Source: Limisphaerales bacterium
GTDB taxonomy: Bacteria; Verrucomicrobiota; Verrucomicrobiia; Limisphaerales; SIBE01
Direction of reading: 5' to 3'
Assembly: GCA_044225505.1 (NCBI GenBank)
Contig: JBGAIN010000076.1
Location: 1 to 37,812, forward strand
Length of the DNA stretch: 37,812 nt
In this document: positions 9,701 through 18,974 of the stretch, one piece after another
Layout of the letters: each line of letters opens with the position of its first letter
Numbering within the stretch: the stretch's first letter is position 1
Position numbers and translations under genes: made by a program
Notes under the pieces: generated by a model
Told to the model about the DNA's origin: nothing
Seen by the model: the letters and a program-made list of their open reading frames with translations, nothing else
Database searches by the model: none

Positions 9701-10261
9701 ATGGCACTGGACGACATATTGCTCGAGGCCGAGGAAAAGATGATGAAAACGGAGGAAGTGGTGCTGCACGAGTTTGCAGGCGTACGCACCGGAAAGGCTT
9801 CCCCTGGGTTGGTCGAGAACATCCAAGTCGAAGTTTATGGTTCGCACATGCGGATTCGTGAATTGGCCGGTATCACGACGCCAGAGCCCCGTATGCTTTT
9901 GATTCAACCTTGGGACGCCGCGACGGTGCATCCGATCGAGAAGGCGATCCAAAAAAGCAATTTGGGCCTTAACCCGACCGTGGATAAGAAATTCATTCGG
10001 ATCGTCTTACCGGAGCTGAGCCAAGAGCGGCGTTTAGAGTTTACGAAGGTCGTCCGGAAGATGGCCGAAGATGGGCGTGTGGCCATTCGTCATGTGCGCC
10101 GAGATGCGATTGAGCACCTGAAGAAGGAGTCAAAGCAAGGCGGGATTTCCGAGGAAGATTTGGAGCACGCCGAGAAGGAAGTGCAGAAGCTAACCGATCA
10201 ATATATCGCCAAAGTGGACGGGCACTTGACCCACAAGGAAAAGGAGATCATGACCGTTTGA
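9701..10261 (+). CDS. frr: Ribosome recycling factor
   Basis: 186 aa with motifs VRTGKASP, VEVYGS, IQPWD, LGLNP, LSQERR and RVAIRHVRRDA. Confidence 0.97.
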   Translation: MALDDILLEAEEKMMKTEEVVLHEFAGVRTGKASPGLVENIQVEVYGSHMRIRELAGITTPEPRMLLIQPWDAATVHPIEKAIQKSNLGLNPTVDKKFIRIVLPELSQERRLEFTKVVRKMAEDGRVAIRHVRRDAIEHLKKESKQGGISEEDLEHAEKEVQKLTDQYIAKVDGHLTHKEKEIMTV

Positions 10262-10293
10262 GGTGCCCGGAAGGGACCGTTCAAGGCTTTGGT

Positions 10294-10620
10294 CTAGTGC
10301 GCTGGTGCCCTGTTTCCCATAACAGGCGGTTCAAATTGAATCCGAGTCTCGCCCGGCTTGATATAACCCAGCTTCTCGCGCGCAATTCGTTCCACCGCTT
10401 TCGGATCCGTTCGCAACGAACGGATCGCGGCTTCCATCTGTCGTCCGCGTTCTTCCTCCAGGCGCACTTGCTGGTTGCGCTGCAAAATCTGCTGGCGGAA
10501 CTTTTCGTTCTGACGAATTAGCGGAAGATACCAAACCACCACGCCCAGGACGCCGGCGATGAAAAGTAGGAGAACCACGAGCCGGCGTAGCCTATCCCAA
10601 ATTCCAAGATCGACGTTCAT
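10294..10620 (-). CDS. Septum formation initiator (FtsB/DivIC family)
   Basis: One TM helix, a coiled coil and the motif VERIAREKLGYIKPGE. Start placed at ATG 10620. Confidence 0.85.
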   Translation of the reverse strand: MNVDLGIWDRLRRLVVLLLFIAGVLGVVVWYLPLIRQNEKFRQQILQRNQQVRLEEERGRQMEAAIRSLRTDPKAVERIAREKLGYIKPGETRIQFEPPVMGNRAPAH

Positions 10621-10690
10621 GAATTGACTCAATCACAAGCGCCCTGGCGACCGCAAGCTTTCCTTTCACGTTCGCCATGCCAACCAATGG

Positions 10691-11083
10691 TCAGCGATAG
10701 ACTCTTTGCCACCGTAGCAAGCGACCGTCCGGACCGAACGTCAGGCGGAGGAATCGATCGGGCGTGGGCGGTTCGGCGTGGTAGTAGGTCGTCGGCCCGT
10801 AACCGTAAGGAGGATAAACCGGTCCGCCCCAGCCCATGGTCAACCCTTGCGCAGACCCGCGACCCGTCAACCATTCGGCGACCTTAGTGCCATCGGTGAG
10901 CGAGGCCATTCGATCGGGAGGCCCCATTTCCAGGATCGCCTGGTCGTACGTGTAGTTGCCAATCCGCTCGTTCCACTCAATTTTAGGACCGGTAGCGCAC
11001 CCAGAAGCGAACGCAATCAAAATCAGTCCAACGATCGGCAAGGTTCGGCATAGCCTCAGCGCGTCAACGAGTTGGCCAATCAT
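10691..11083 (-). CDS. Hypothetical lipoprotein, possibly with a BamE/BLIP-like fold
   Basis: Hydrophobic segment ending in the lipobox-like FASGC; 'MGPPD' and 'LTFGPDGRL' pattern. Confidence 0.7.
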   Translation of the reverse strand: MIGQLVDALRLCRTLPIVGLILIAFASGCATGPKIEWNERIGNYTYDQAILEMGPPDRMASLTDGTKVAEWLTGRGSAQGLTMGWGGPVYPPYGYGPTTYYHAEPPTPDRFLRLTFGPDGRLLRWQRVYR

Positions 11084-11184
11084 AGATTCAGCTTCAAAGC
11101 TAGGGCAGTCCGGCGGAAACGCAAAGAAAACCTCTCGCGGCGCGTCTGATCCTGGACTGAGGGATGGGAGCGATGCTCGGGACT

Positions 11185-12144
11185 CTACGCCCGCGGATGT
11201 GCTTGGTCGTAGGCTTTCTTGAGACGATCCGTTGTGAGATGCGTGTAGACCTGGGTGGTAACGAGGTGCGCATGGCCCAGGAGCTCCTGGACGCTGCGCA
11301 GATCAGCCCCAGCATCTAGCAGGTGCGTCGCATAACTGTGACGCAGCTTGTGAGGCGTCAGTTCCGGGTCGAGCTTGGCCGAGATGAGGTAGCGCTTGAG
11401 TCGAAGTTGCACCAACCGGGGGTACATCGGCCGGCCCTTCCCTTCATCGGCAAGGAACACAGGGGAACTGCCGGACGGAGGAGGGGAGCACTGGTCCCAG
11501 TAGGTGCGTATCGAGGTCAGGGCGGGTTGCCCGATCGGAATGAGGCGCTCCTTCTTCCCTTTGCCCCGCACGCGAACCACCTGGCGAGACCAATCCATGT
11601 CCTCGACCCGAAGTGCGCAGAGTTCGCTCACCCGCAAGCCACACGAGTAGAATGTCTCCAAAATCGCTAGATCCCGAAGAAACGGCGTTGGCGACACCGG
11701 CGTTTTGGAACTCGCCTGAGTTCGTTGGAAATCTGCGAGCGGCGCTTTCAGAAGTTCAAGCATTTGTTGAACAGTGAGGAAGCGTGGCAATCGCTTTTCC
11801 AGTTTCGGGAGCTGGACGTTCGCTACCGGCGACGTCATGGTGCGTCCGCGCCGGATGAGGAATCGATAGAGGGAGCGGATCGCGGAAAATCGCAGCCGGA
11901 CGGCAGCCCGGCTCAGTTGATGCCGGCCTAAATAGCGCAAGTAACCGCGAAAATGATCTTTCTCCAGCTGAAGCCAGCTGGGGGAGGTTTGATGTTCGGA
12001 CTGGAGGTAGGCACCAAACTCCATCAAAGCCTGGCGATAATTTCGGACGGTGTATGGGGAAACGCTCCGCTCGACCTCAAGATGTTGGAGGAATTCCTGA
12101 GCGACCGGGTCGACTGGGCTGGTTTCCGTCTGGGCCTCATGCAC
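11185..12144 (-). CDS. xerC: Tyrosine recombinase of the XerC/XerD family
   Basis: N-terminal SAM-like domain (SPYTVRNY); catalytic motifs GLRVSEL, GKGKKER, HKLRHSYATH, LLGH and TTQVY. The XerC versus XerD assignment is tentative. Confidence 0.88.
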   Translation of the reverse strand: MHEAQTETSPVDPVAQEFLQHLEVERSVSPYTVRNYRQALMEFGAYLQSEHQTSPSWLQLEKDHFRGYLRYLGRHQLSRAAVRLRFSAIRSLYRFLIRRGRTMTSPVANVQLPKLEKRLPRFLTVQQMLELLKAPLADFQRTQASSKTPVSPTPFLRDLAILETFYSCGLRVSELCALRVEDMDWSRQVVRVRGKGKKERLIPIGQPALTSIRTYWDQCSPPPSGSSPVFLADEGKGRPMYPRLVQLRLKRYLISAKLDPELTPHKLRHSYATHLLDAGADLRSVQELLGHAHLVTTQVYTHLTTDRLKKAYDQAHPRA

Positions 12145-12150
12145 TCACCT

Positions 12151-12179
12151 AGCCTAATGAACCTGAGACGGGAAACCAA
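12151..12179 (-). promoter_or_regulatory. Putative promoter for xerC, probably leaderless
   Basis: Minus strand TTGGTT-17 nt-TAGGCT, ending 6 nt before GTG 12144. Confidence 0.5.
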
Positions 12180-12242
12180 GTGCCGAACGGTTATCTAAGG
12201 CAACATGAAGGTGTTCGGCGTTGGCTTTTGCCAATCATCGGC

Positions 12243-12354
12243 CGTATTTAACACGGATAGAACAGGTAAATGGCATGGAATTAACACGGAGTTTACCCGT
12301 GTTAAACCCGTGTTATATCCCTGTTATGTCCGTGTTATATCCGTGTTAAATACG
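12243..12354. repeat. Palindromic array of 11-bp units (consensus CCGTGTTAWAT) with 17-bp terminal inverted repeats
   Basis: Ends CGTATTTAACACGGATA / TATCCGTGTTAAATACG. Four inverted units (12246-12289, two degenerate), a 7-nt spacer, then five direct units (12297-12351). Confidence 0.9.
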
Positions 12355-12646
12355 AACAAGTAAGGGTTGCTACGGCTTGGAAGGACTGTTTTGTATTTGC
12401 GGGCCGCCTTTCCAGCGGGGGTTTCGGATCGTCCGACGGTTGACATTTCGTCCTTTCCACTCCTTTGAGGGCTCGCGGGGCGAGCGGTCTCCCCTCGGTC
12501 GGCGCGGATTGGGAAAGAAAGGAATCGGAGCTGGCGTATCGCGCGACGGTCGCGCTTGGCTCAACGCGCCTGACCTAGGCACCCCTCAAGGATCGAAAGG
12601 AGGGAATCGGGCTATCGTGGAACGATCCCCAGGTCTCCAAAAACGG

Positions 12647-15511
12647 TTATTCGAGGCCTTCAGACGTGTCGCCGGTGGGGGCCGAGGCGGGGGCTGTCTC
12701 ACGGGGTTCGAATTCAAACCCGACCTTGCCGCCGTCCTCCAGGGCCAGGTAAGCGGCAAACGGACGACCTTTCTTGGAGACGAAGTTCTTGAGCAATTCC
12801 GTCCGCCCGGTGGCGATGAGGCGGGTTGCTTGGGCGCGCTCGATGGGTTGATTAAGAATCGTCTTTCCGACCTTAAACTTGCAACGTTTTGTCTCCGCTT
12901 GGCTATTCGCGCACAAATATTCCGACTCTCCTTCGAAAACGGCACCACCGCAGATCGGGCAGACTCCCAGGGATTCTTGACCGGTGAAGTCCAGCTTCAC
13001 CTTGGGCTCCTTCGCCTTGGCCGCGCGAGCTTTGCCCTTGGCCTCTCGGGGAGCGAACTCGAAGCTGATCGCGCCTTCTTTGTCTAAAACCAAGTGAGCT
13101 TTGAACGTGCGACCATTCCTCTTCGACACAAACTTCTCGAGGAGATCCGTTTTGCGCACCGATAACAGCTTGGCCATTTGAATCCGGTCGATCGGTTGCT
13201 GGAGGATCACTGCATTGGATCGGAACTTGCACGTTCGGTTGGGGCCGACGGCATGTTCGCAGAGGTAGTTCATTCCGTTTTCGAACACACGTCCGCCGCA
13301 CTTCGGGCAGACCCCGACCGGCTCTTTGCCTGAAAAATCCACTGGCTCAGATTGTCCTTCGGCCTCTTTGCCGTTTTGTCCAAAATCCAGTTCAGCTTTG
13401 AATTCCGGGGTCAGCTTGATCATGGCCGAGAACGGTCGCCCCATCCGGCTGCGGAAACCATGGATCGGTCCGACGGCCTTTTGGGTAATCAGTTGCTCGA
13501 TTTCAGGGGCTTCGAGCTGGCGTCCGGCCATGATCTTCCAAAGCGCAAACCCACAGGCCTCATTCGAACACTGGAATTTTTTGTAAGTTTCTTTAACCTC
13601 GCCTCCACACTTGGGACAACGCGCCGTAAGCGTCCCAAAATCCCCTGGGATGGTATCGTGTTCGTGCGCTTTGGCCTTTTCGACGATATCGCGCGTCATC
13701 GCCGCGATCTCTTTCATGAACTCTTCGCGCGAGAGTTGCCCATGCTCCATTTGACGCAATTTGAATTCCCAGCCCCCAGTGAGTTCGGGGGCGGTCAGTT
13801 CGGGAATGCGTAACCCTCGAAGCAGCGCCATGAGCGAGGAAGCTTTCGCTGTTGGATGGAGTTCTTTGCCCTGACGGGCCATGTACTTTTCATGAATCAG
13901 GCCTTCAATAACGGCCGCGCGAGTTGCAGGCGTGCCCAGGCCTTTCTCGGCCATGGCTTCACGCAATTCCTCGTCTTCGACGAGTTTGCCCGCTCCTTCC
14001 ATGGCGCTCAGCAAGGTCGCTTCCGTGAAGCGCGGTGGGGGCTTCGTCTGATTCAGGACGACTTCAATTTGTGACGTTTGGACCGACTCGTTCTGTCGAA
14101 CGGGCACGAGGTTGGCGCCTCCTTCGGTGTTCTCTGTCGGCACTTCGCGTCCGTAAACGGCGAGCCATCCGGCTTTGACCAACACTTTGCCCTCAGTCTT
14201 GAACGGCTCGTTTTCGACTCGGGTGATCCGGGTAGTGACCAGAAACTCCGCTGCCGGAAAGAAGATCGCCAGAAATCGCTTTGCGACCATGTCGTAGATC
14301 TTGGCTTCGGCATCGGTGAGATGTTTGGCCTCGAGCGACGTCGGGATGATCGCAAAGTGGTCGGAGACCTTGGCGTTGTTAAAGATTCGCTTATTCGGAC
14401 GCACCCAGTCGTTCTCGAGAATCGTTTCGGCGAACTTCCCATAAGCGCCGCCGCGCAACGCTTGCATCGTTTCGCGCACAGTTGCGACGTAGTCCTCTGG
14501 CAGGGCTCGAGAATCTGTTCTTGGGTAAGTTAAGACTTTGTGCCGTTCGTAAAGAGACTGGGCCAAAGAAAGGGTTTGGCTGGCCGAAAACCCGAAACGG
14601 GAGTTGGCTTCTCTCTGCAAACTTGTCAGGTCATAGAGCAGCGGCGAGGCTTGAGTCGTCGGCTTGCTCTCTTCGGTGACAATTCCGGGTTTTCCCAGGC
14701 AACGGTCTCGGATCGCATCCGCTTGCTGCTGGTTCCAAACGCGCTCAGCCTTGAGTTCGGGATCTGGGTCTTTCTTGTCGCGGGAGAACTTTTCGTCGAA
14801 CCATCGACCGGAATAAGTTCCGGACTCCGCCTGGAATGTTCCGATCACTTCCCAGTAATTACGGCTTTGGAAGCGCCGAATCTTCTCCTCTCGCTCGACG
14901 ACGATGGCTAGCGTCGGAGTTTGAACCCGGCCGACCGTAGTGAGGTAGAAGCCACCCGTTTTAGAGTTGAACGCTGTCATGGCCCGCGTTCCATTGATCC
15001 CAACGAGCCAGTCCGATTCCGATCGACAGACAGCGGCGTCGGCCAAGGGTCGCATCGCGCCGTCTTCGCGCAAAGAGCGAAAGCCTTCCCGAATGGCATC
15101 GGGCGTCATCGATTGCAGCCAGAGGCGTCGAATGGGCTTTTCGGCTCCAACATGGCGAACGATGTAACGGAAGATCAGTTCGCCTTCGCGTCCAGCGTCG
15201 CAGGCATTGATCAGCGCATCGACATCCTTCCGTTTAATCAGTTTCGTCAAGAGTTTGAGCCTGGGTTCATTCTTCTCGATCGGCTTCAGGTCAAAATAGG
15301 GCGGAATCACGGGCAGGTGCGTGAATGTCCACTTGCCACGTTTAGCTTCGAATGCCTCCGGGGCAGTGATTTCGAGAAGATGCCCCACCGCGGACGAGAG
15401 GACATACCGGTCACTTTCGAAGTAATCGTGTTCCTTTTTGAAGCCGCCTAGCGCCTTGGCGATGTCGCTGGCGACAGACGGCTTCTCAGCAATGATCAGT
15501 GCTTTTCCCAT
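12647..15511 (-). CDS. topB: DNA topoisomerase III (type IA) with C-terminal Cys-rich repeats
   Basis: Motifs IAEKPSVA, CDAGREGELIF, VGRVQTPTL, LTYPRTDS and GLGTPATRA; three CPxCGG repeats near the C-terminus. Confidence 0.92.
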   Translation of the reverse strand: MGKALIIAEKPSVASDIAKALGGFKKEHDYFESDRYVLSSAVGHLLEITAPEAFEAKRGKWTFTHLPVIPPYFDLKPIEKNEPRLKLLTKLIKRKDVDALINACDAGREGELIFRYIVRHVGAEKPIRRLWLQSMTPDAIREGFRSLREDGAMRPLADAAVCRSESDWLVGINGTRAMTAFNSKTGGFYLTTVGRVQTPTLAIVVEREEKIRRFQSRNYWEVIGTFQAESGTYSGRWFDEKFSRDKKDPDPELKAERVWNQQQADAIRDRCLGKPGIVTEESKPTTQASPLLYDLTSLQREANSRFGFSASQTLSLAQSLYERHKVLTYPRTDSRALPEDYVATVRETMQALRGGAYGKFAETILENDWVRPNKRIFNNAKVSDHFAIIPTSLEAKHLTDAEAKIYDMVAKRFLAIFFPAAEFLVTTRITRVENEPFKTEGKVLVKAGWLAVYGREVPTENTEGGANLVPVRQNESVQTSQIEVVLNQTKPPPRFTEATLLSAMEGAGKLVEDEELREAMAEKGLGTPATRAAVIEGLIHEKYMARQGKELHPTAKASSLMALLRGLRIPELTAPELTGGWEFKLRQMEHGQLSREEFMKEIAAMTRDIVEKAKAHEHDTIPGDFGTLTARCPKCGGEVKETYKKFQCSNEACGFALWKIMAGRQLEAPEIEQLITQKAVGPIHGFRSRMGRPFSAMIKLTPEFKAELDFGQNGKEAEGQSEPVDFSGKEPVGVCPKCGGRVFENGMNYLCEHAVGPNRTCKFRSNAVILQQPIDRIQMAKLLSVRKTDLLEKFVSKRNGRTFKAHLVLDKEGAISFEFAPREAKGKARAAKAKEPKVKLDFTGQESLGVCPICGGAVFEGESEYLCANSQAETKRCKFKVGKTILNQPIERAQATRLIATGRTELLKNFVSKKGRPFAAYLALEDGGKVGFEFEPRETAPASAPTGDTSEGLE

Positions 15512-16046
15512 TGGCTCGCAACTTGAACTGGTGTGTTTAATCGACTTAGGTCACGAGAAGCAACCCGTTTCTTCAAACCGTGCAACGTCGTCAACTCAGC
15601 GCCTAATGTCAAAGAATGTCGGAATTCCTCATGCCGCCTTAGCAAGTTCGATACCCAGAAGCCGCCGGGTGCAGCGGTTGTCCAAATCCGCTACACGTGT
15701 CCATTCCCCGGACGGAGCGGATCGTCCGGACGGTTTGTGGCCCGGTCCTGGCTTTGCATCACAATTTGTGCGAGATCGGCAATGGCTTGGTCCATCGCAC
15801 AGTTCAGCCCACCCGGTCTCTGAGGGCGGCATTACTCCCGGTTTCGCCGTAAGGAGTGAGCACGCCTGCGTGGAGCGTAACCCGTTCCATCGCAGAAACA
15901 AAAGCGACTGATGGCGTTGCCTCGAGTAGCGCGTGCGAAGTTGGAAAAAAAGGCCCGCCGAAGTGAACTTTCCGTCCTTTCCGACTCATCACCAAGATCA
16001 GTTTATCAGTGTCCACGGGGAGTCGGGAAATCCCCGTCGGAAGCCT

Positions 16047-16062
16047 CGGCAATCGACTTGCT
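16047..16062 (+). promoter_or_regulatory. Possible sigma-54 promoter for the response regulator
   Basis: CGGCAATCGACTTGCT has GG-N10-GC spacing and TTGCT, about 40 nt before ATG 16102. Confidence 0.35.
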
Positions 16063-16101
16063 TGTAGGTCGAACGCATTAGAAGGAAGCGAAGCATTGAC
16101 T

Positions 16102-16614
16102 ATGAGTCTTACTGTGCCAAGTCGTTCGACTGAAACCCCTTATAAGAATCGAACGGCTTTGGTGGTCGATGATGTCGAGGATATGCTCGATTTGCTGGAG
16201 ATTGCTCTCCATTCCGCGGGCCTAACAGTCTTGCGAGCCTCGAACGCCGCGGATGCAGAAGATCTGTTTGAAGCACGAGCGGCAGATATCGATTTATTAA
16301 TGACCGATGTGCGGGTCGGTTCCGATAATGGGTTGGAATTAGCCAAGAAACTGATCGCGCACAAGCCGTCCCTGCATGTCTTGGCCATCAGCGGCTTCGC
16401 TATCGACGGCAAAGTCGCGATAGCGAATACGAAGATTGAGTTTTTGCCCAAACCTTTCTCAACGTCTGAGCTCAAGTCCAAGCTGGCGGCGATTTTCGCG
16501 AATGAACCCAAGCAGTTGATCGTTACGGTCACGGGGACCAGCCGCGGCAGTTATACCGTCTCCGCCTCGTGCAAGCCCGCGGAGCATCTGACCCGAGCCA
16601 CCCGCAGTGCATGA
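16102..16614 (+). CDS. Single-domain response regulator with a C-terminal extension
   Basis: Motifs LVVDD, LLMTDV (phosphoacceptor Asp), ISG and FLPKPF. Start placed at ATG 16102. Confidence 0.88.
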   Translation: MSLTVPSRSTETPYKNRTALVVDDVEDMLDLLEIALHSAGLTVLRASNAADAEDLFEARAADIDLLMTDVRVGSDNGLELAKKLIAHKPSLHVLAISGFAIDGKVAIANTKIEFLPKPFSTSELKSKLAAIFANEPKQLIVTVTGTSRGSYTVSASCKPAEHLTRATRSA

Positions 16615-17072
16615 AATCGAACTCGCGATTCCGGCGCGTTGGCGCTTTGGCACAATCTGGGATCGATAACGGGCTCCAGCGTGTCGTTAACTACTTTTCT
16701 TGGGGCTCTTCCCACTCTGTTCTAGGCGGTCTACCGCTCGGTTTCCCGGGTGGGGAGTCTCGCCGAATGTTGCGCGTGGCCATCTCGTTGGAAGTAATTG
16801 CATTGGCGATGAGCTTTGGATTCGGGGGAGTGGGCCCTGGGATGGCGATGCTCGTGATCACGGCGGTCCTATTTACCGTGGCGCTGCGACTGACCTGTCG
16901 ACAGGGAAAACTGGCCGGAGGACGTCGTCGGCAGCCATTCGGGATGGATTCTGCTCCGGCGTTGCACGCCCCTATTTATCTCGCAACGGCGCCGGCTTCT
17001 CCTAACCGTTTGGGGCCTTGGACTAGCCAGGCGACGAGCCAACGGCGTTGGTCGTTTAATTCCCCAGAGTAG
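16611..17072 (+). CDS. Hypothetical membrane protein with two TM helices
   Basis: ATGA overlap with the response regulator stop; hydrophobic hairpin VAISLEVIALAMSFG...MAMLVITAVLFTVAL. Confidence 0.5.
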   Translation: MKSNSRFRRVGALAQSGIDNGLQRVVNYFSWGSSHSVLGGLPLGFPGGESRRMLRVAISLEVIALAMSFGFGGVGPGMAMLVITAVLFTVALRLTCRQGKLAGGRRRQPFGMDSAPALHAPIYLATAPASPNRLGPWTSQATSQRRWSFNSPE

Positions 17073-17151
17073 ACGTTTCTCGGTTCCTTGTTCGGCCGGA
17101 CTCACCGCAGCGTAGCAACTGCCTCGCGGCAGGCACCTGTCCTGGGGGTGT

Positions 17152-17379
17152 TCAGGGTGAAGTCAAACGGCGCCGACTCTCAAGTTCAAACAATGCTTGG
17201 GTCAAGCGCCACTTCTTACGCAAGAGAAAGAATAATACTCCCGGATCGCGTCCCTCACGCGCAGTCTCACATTCGTCCGAGACGCTCGCCAGCTCGAGCT
17301 TGAGTTTGTCGATCTCCCGCTCTAACTCAGCGGATTCTGGATGCGCACGTTTCACTGGGCCAGGGTTGCAGGCGTCCAT
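17152..17379 (-). CDS. Small hypothetical coiled-coil protein
   Basis: Heptad pattern ELEREIDKLKLELASV and amphipathic LFFLLRKKWRLTQALFELE; ATG at 17379. Confidence 0.5.
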   Translation of the reverse strand: MDACNPGPVKRAHPESAELEREIDKLKLELASVSDECETAREGRDPGVLFFLLRKKWRLTQALFELESRRRLTSP

Positions 17380-17651
17380 TCGATCCAAGAGTTAATTTGA
17401 GACCTAGATCGGCGGTGTACGCCATTTGTCTGCACACCGTGCAGAGGGATGAGAGGCGAAAGTCCTGGGAACGGTTCACTCACAAAGGAAATAGACGCGA
17501 ACCATCGCCGAAAATTCAATGGGTTCGCAACTCCCTCCCCCCCGGGGGGCCAATAACGACCAATTCGCTTGAGGCGGCTACCGCATTTCCTGGGAAAACT
17601 GCGCTGCGCGAGGCCAGACTACCCTAGGCGCGCTTCGCCGGCGAACCAGCC

Positions 17652-18974
17652 TCAGGGTGTTCGGATCGAGCGATTGGGCATGCTCCAGGCTGCCACGAAC
17701 AGCAGTACGGCGCCGGCCAGATAGATCGCGCCGCACCATGCGATGGCCTCACTCATGTTCTCCATTTCAGTGGCGTGCCGGCCGTGCTTTGTGACCCACC
17801 CGACGGCTACCGGACCCAATGCTCCGCCACCCCAACCCACGGTGTTCATGATTCCGGCCGCACTCGCCCTCGCTCTCGGTTCAATTTGGTCGTAAAGCGC
17901 CGCGAAAATGTTCGAGTCATAAAACCCTTTACAGAGCCCGAAGAGGGTCATGGCCAAGATCAATGTCGACACATTGGTGGTAATTCCGACGAGCATCACA
18001 AAGACAGCTCCCAAGGCGAGACCAGCGGCTTGCACGAGAATGCGCCCGAATGCCCAGCGCTTGCTCAATTGATCGGCGAGGATCCCGCCGATCGGAACGC
18101 TGCAAGCACTTGCCAAATGAATGAAGACCGTTCCCGAAAGACCTGCAGACGTCAGCTTAAATCCAAACTTCTCGACGAGGAAGGTCGGTGTCCAGGTCAA
18201 AAAGATTGTGGCAACAAAGTTGGCGCCCAAAAACACCGCCATCAGGAGCAAGGCAGTCCGCGATCCGAAAATCGCTCCCGCCAATTCTCGAACTGGAAGT
18301 GGAGTTGAATTCTTTGATGTTGCCTGGCCGGAGGCTGCATCGGGACTGCCGCCACGTTGGGGTTCGCGCAGAAATCGATAGAGAAGCAAGGCTAACACCA
18401 GGCCGGACACGCCAAAAAAATAAAAACCGATTCGCCAGCCGTGCTTCTCTGCAAACCAGGCACCCGCCCAGCTCCCTGCGATGGTCCCGATATAAACGCT
18501 CGACTGATGAAGTGACATCGCGCGAGAACGAGTCGCGCCGCTGTGGTAATCACTGACTAACGACATCGATGCCGGAAAGTAAAAGGTTTCGCCGAACCCC
18601 TCCAATGCCCGCACCGTGACGAAGTGCCAGAGTTTGCTACACCACCCCGTCGCCACCGTCACCATGCTCCAGAATAAGCAGCCTCCCAAAATCAGGTCCT
18701 TCCTCCGCACTCGGTCACCGATATAGCCGGCGAAGGGCGCGCCGAAAGCGTAGACCCACATGAAAGCGGACCCGATCAGGCCGAGTTGCACCTTGTCGAA
18801 TCCAAATTCATCTTTCAGCTTAGGGAACACAGCGAAGATCGCCTGGCGATCTGCGTAGTTGAAAAAGCAGATGAACCAGAGCATGAAGACGACCCACCAC
18901 TTGTATCTGCCCGAGGCGATACTGCCACCACCAAGGTGCCGAGGTTTTGGCGTGTCGGTCACACCAGCCTCCAC
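17652..18974 (-). CDS. MFS transporter (sugar-acid/ACS-like)
   Basis: About 12 hydrophobic segments; motifs FNYADRQ, GYIGDRVRRK and RALEGFGE. Confidence 0.92.
   Translation of the reverse strand: MEAGVTDTPKPRHLGGGSIASGRYKWWVVFMLWFICFFNYADRQAIFAVFPKLKDEFGFDKVQLGLIGSAFMWVYAFGAPFAGYIGDRVRRKDLILGGCLFWSMVTVATGWCSKLWHFVTVRALEGFGETFYFPASMSLVSDYHSGATRSRAMSLHQSSVYIGTIAGSWAGAWFAEKHGWRIGFYFFGVSGLVLALLLYRFLREPQRGGSPDAASGQATSKNSTPLPVRELAGAIFGSRTALLLMAVFLGANFVATIFLTWTPTFLVEKFGFKLTSAGLSGTVFIHLASACSVPIGGILADQLSKRWAFGRILVQAAGLALGAVFVMLVGITTNVSTLILAMTLFGLCKGFYDSNIFAALYDQIEPRARASAAGIMNTVGWGGGALGPVAVGWVTKHGRHATEMENMSEAIAWCGAIYLAGAVLLFVAAWSMPNRSIRTP

Noticed and set aside
11185..12144. Tyrosine recombinase as a prophage or island integrase
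   Set aside because: Length and motifs fit Xer, it lies next to a type IA topoisomerase among housekeeping genes, and no phage genes or att-bearing tRNA are seen.
12243..12354. Repeat array as a CRISPR array
   Set aside because: The units are 11 bp, contiguous and partly inverted, with no unique spacers and no cas genes.
12377..13087. 236-aa + strand ORF, and similar long antisense ORFs such as 2573-3406, 22787-23434 (same strand, other frame) and 35673-36353
   Set aside because: They overlap well-supported genes and have no recognisable motifs; typical shadow ORFs in GC-rich DNA.
15512..16046. ORFs or an ncRNA in the gap between topB and the response regulator
   Set aside because: The short ORFs show no protein-like signal, and only a 7-bp hairpin was seen; no call is supportable.
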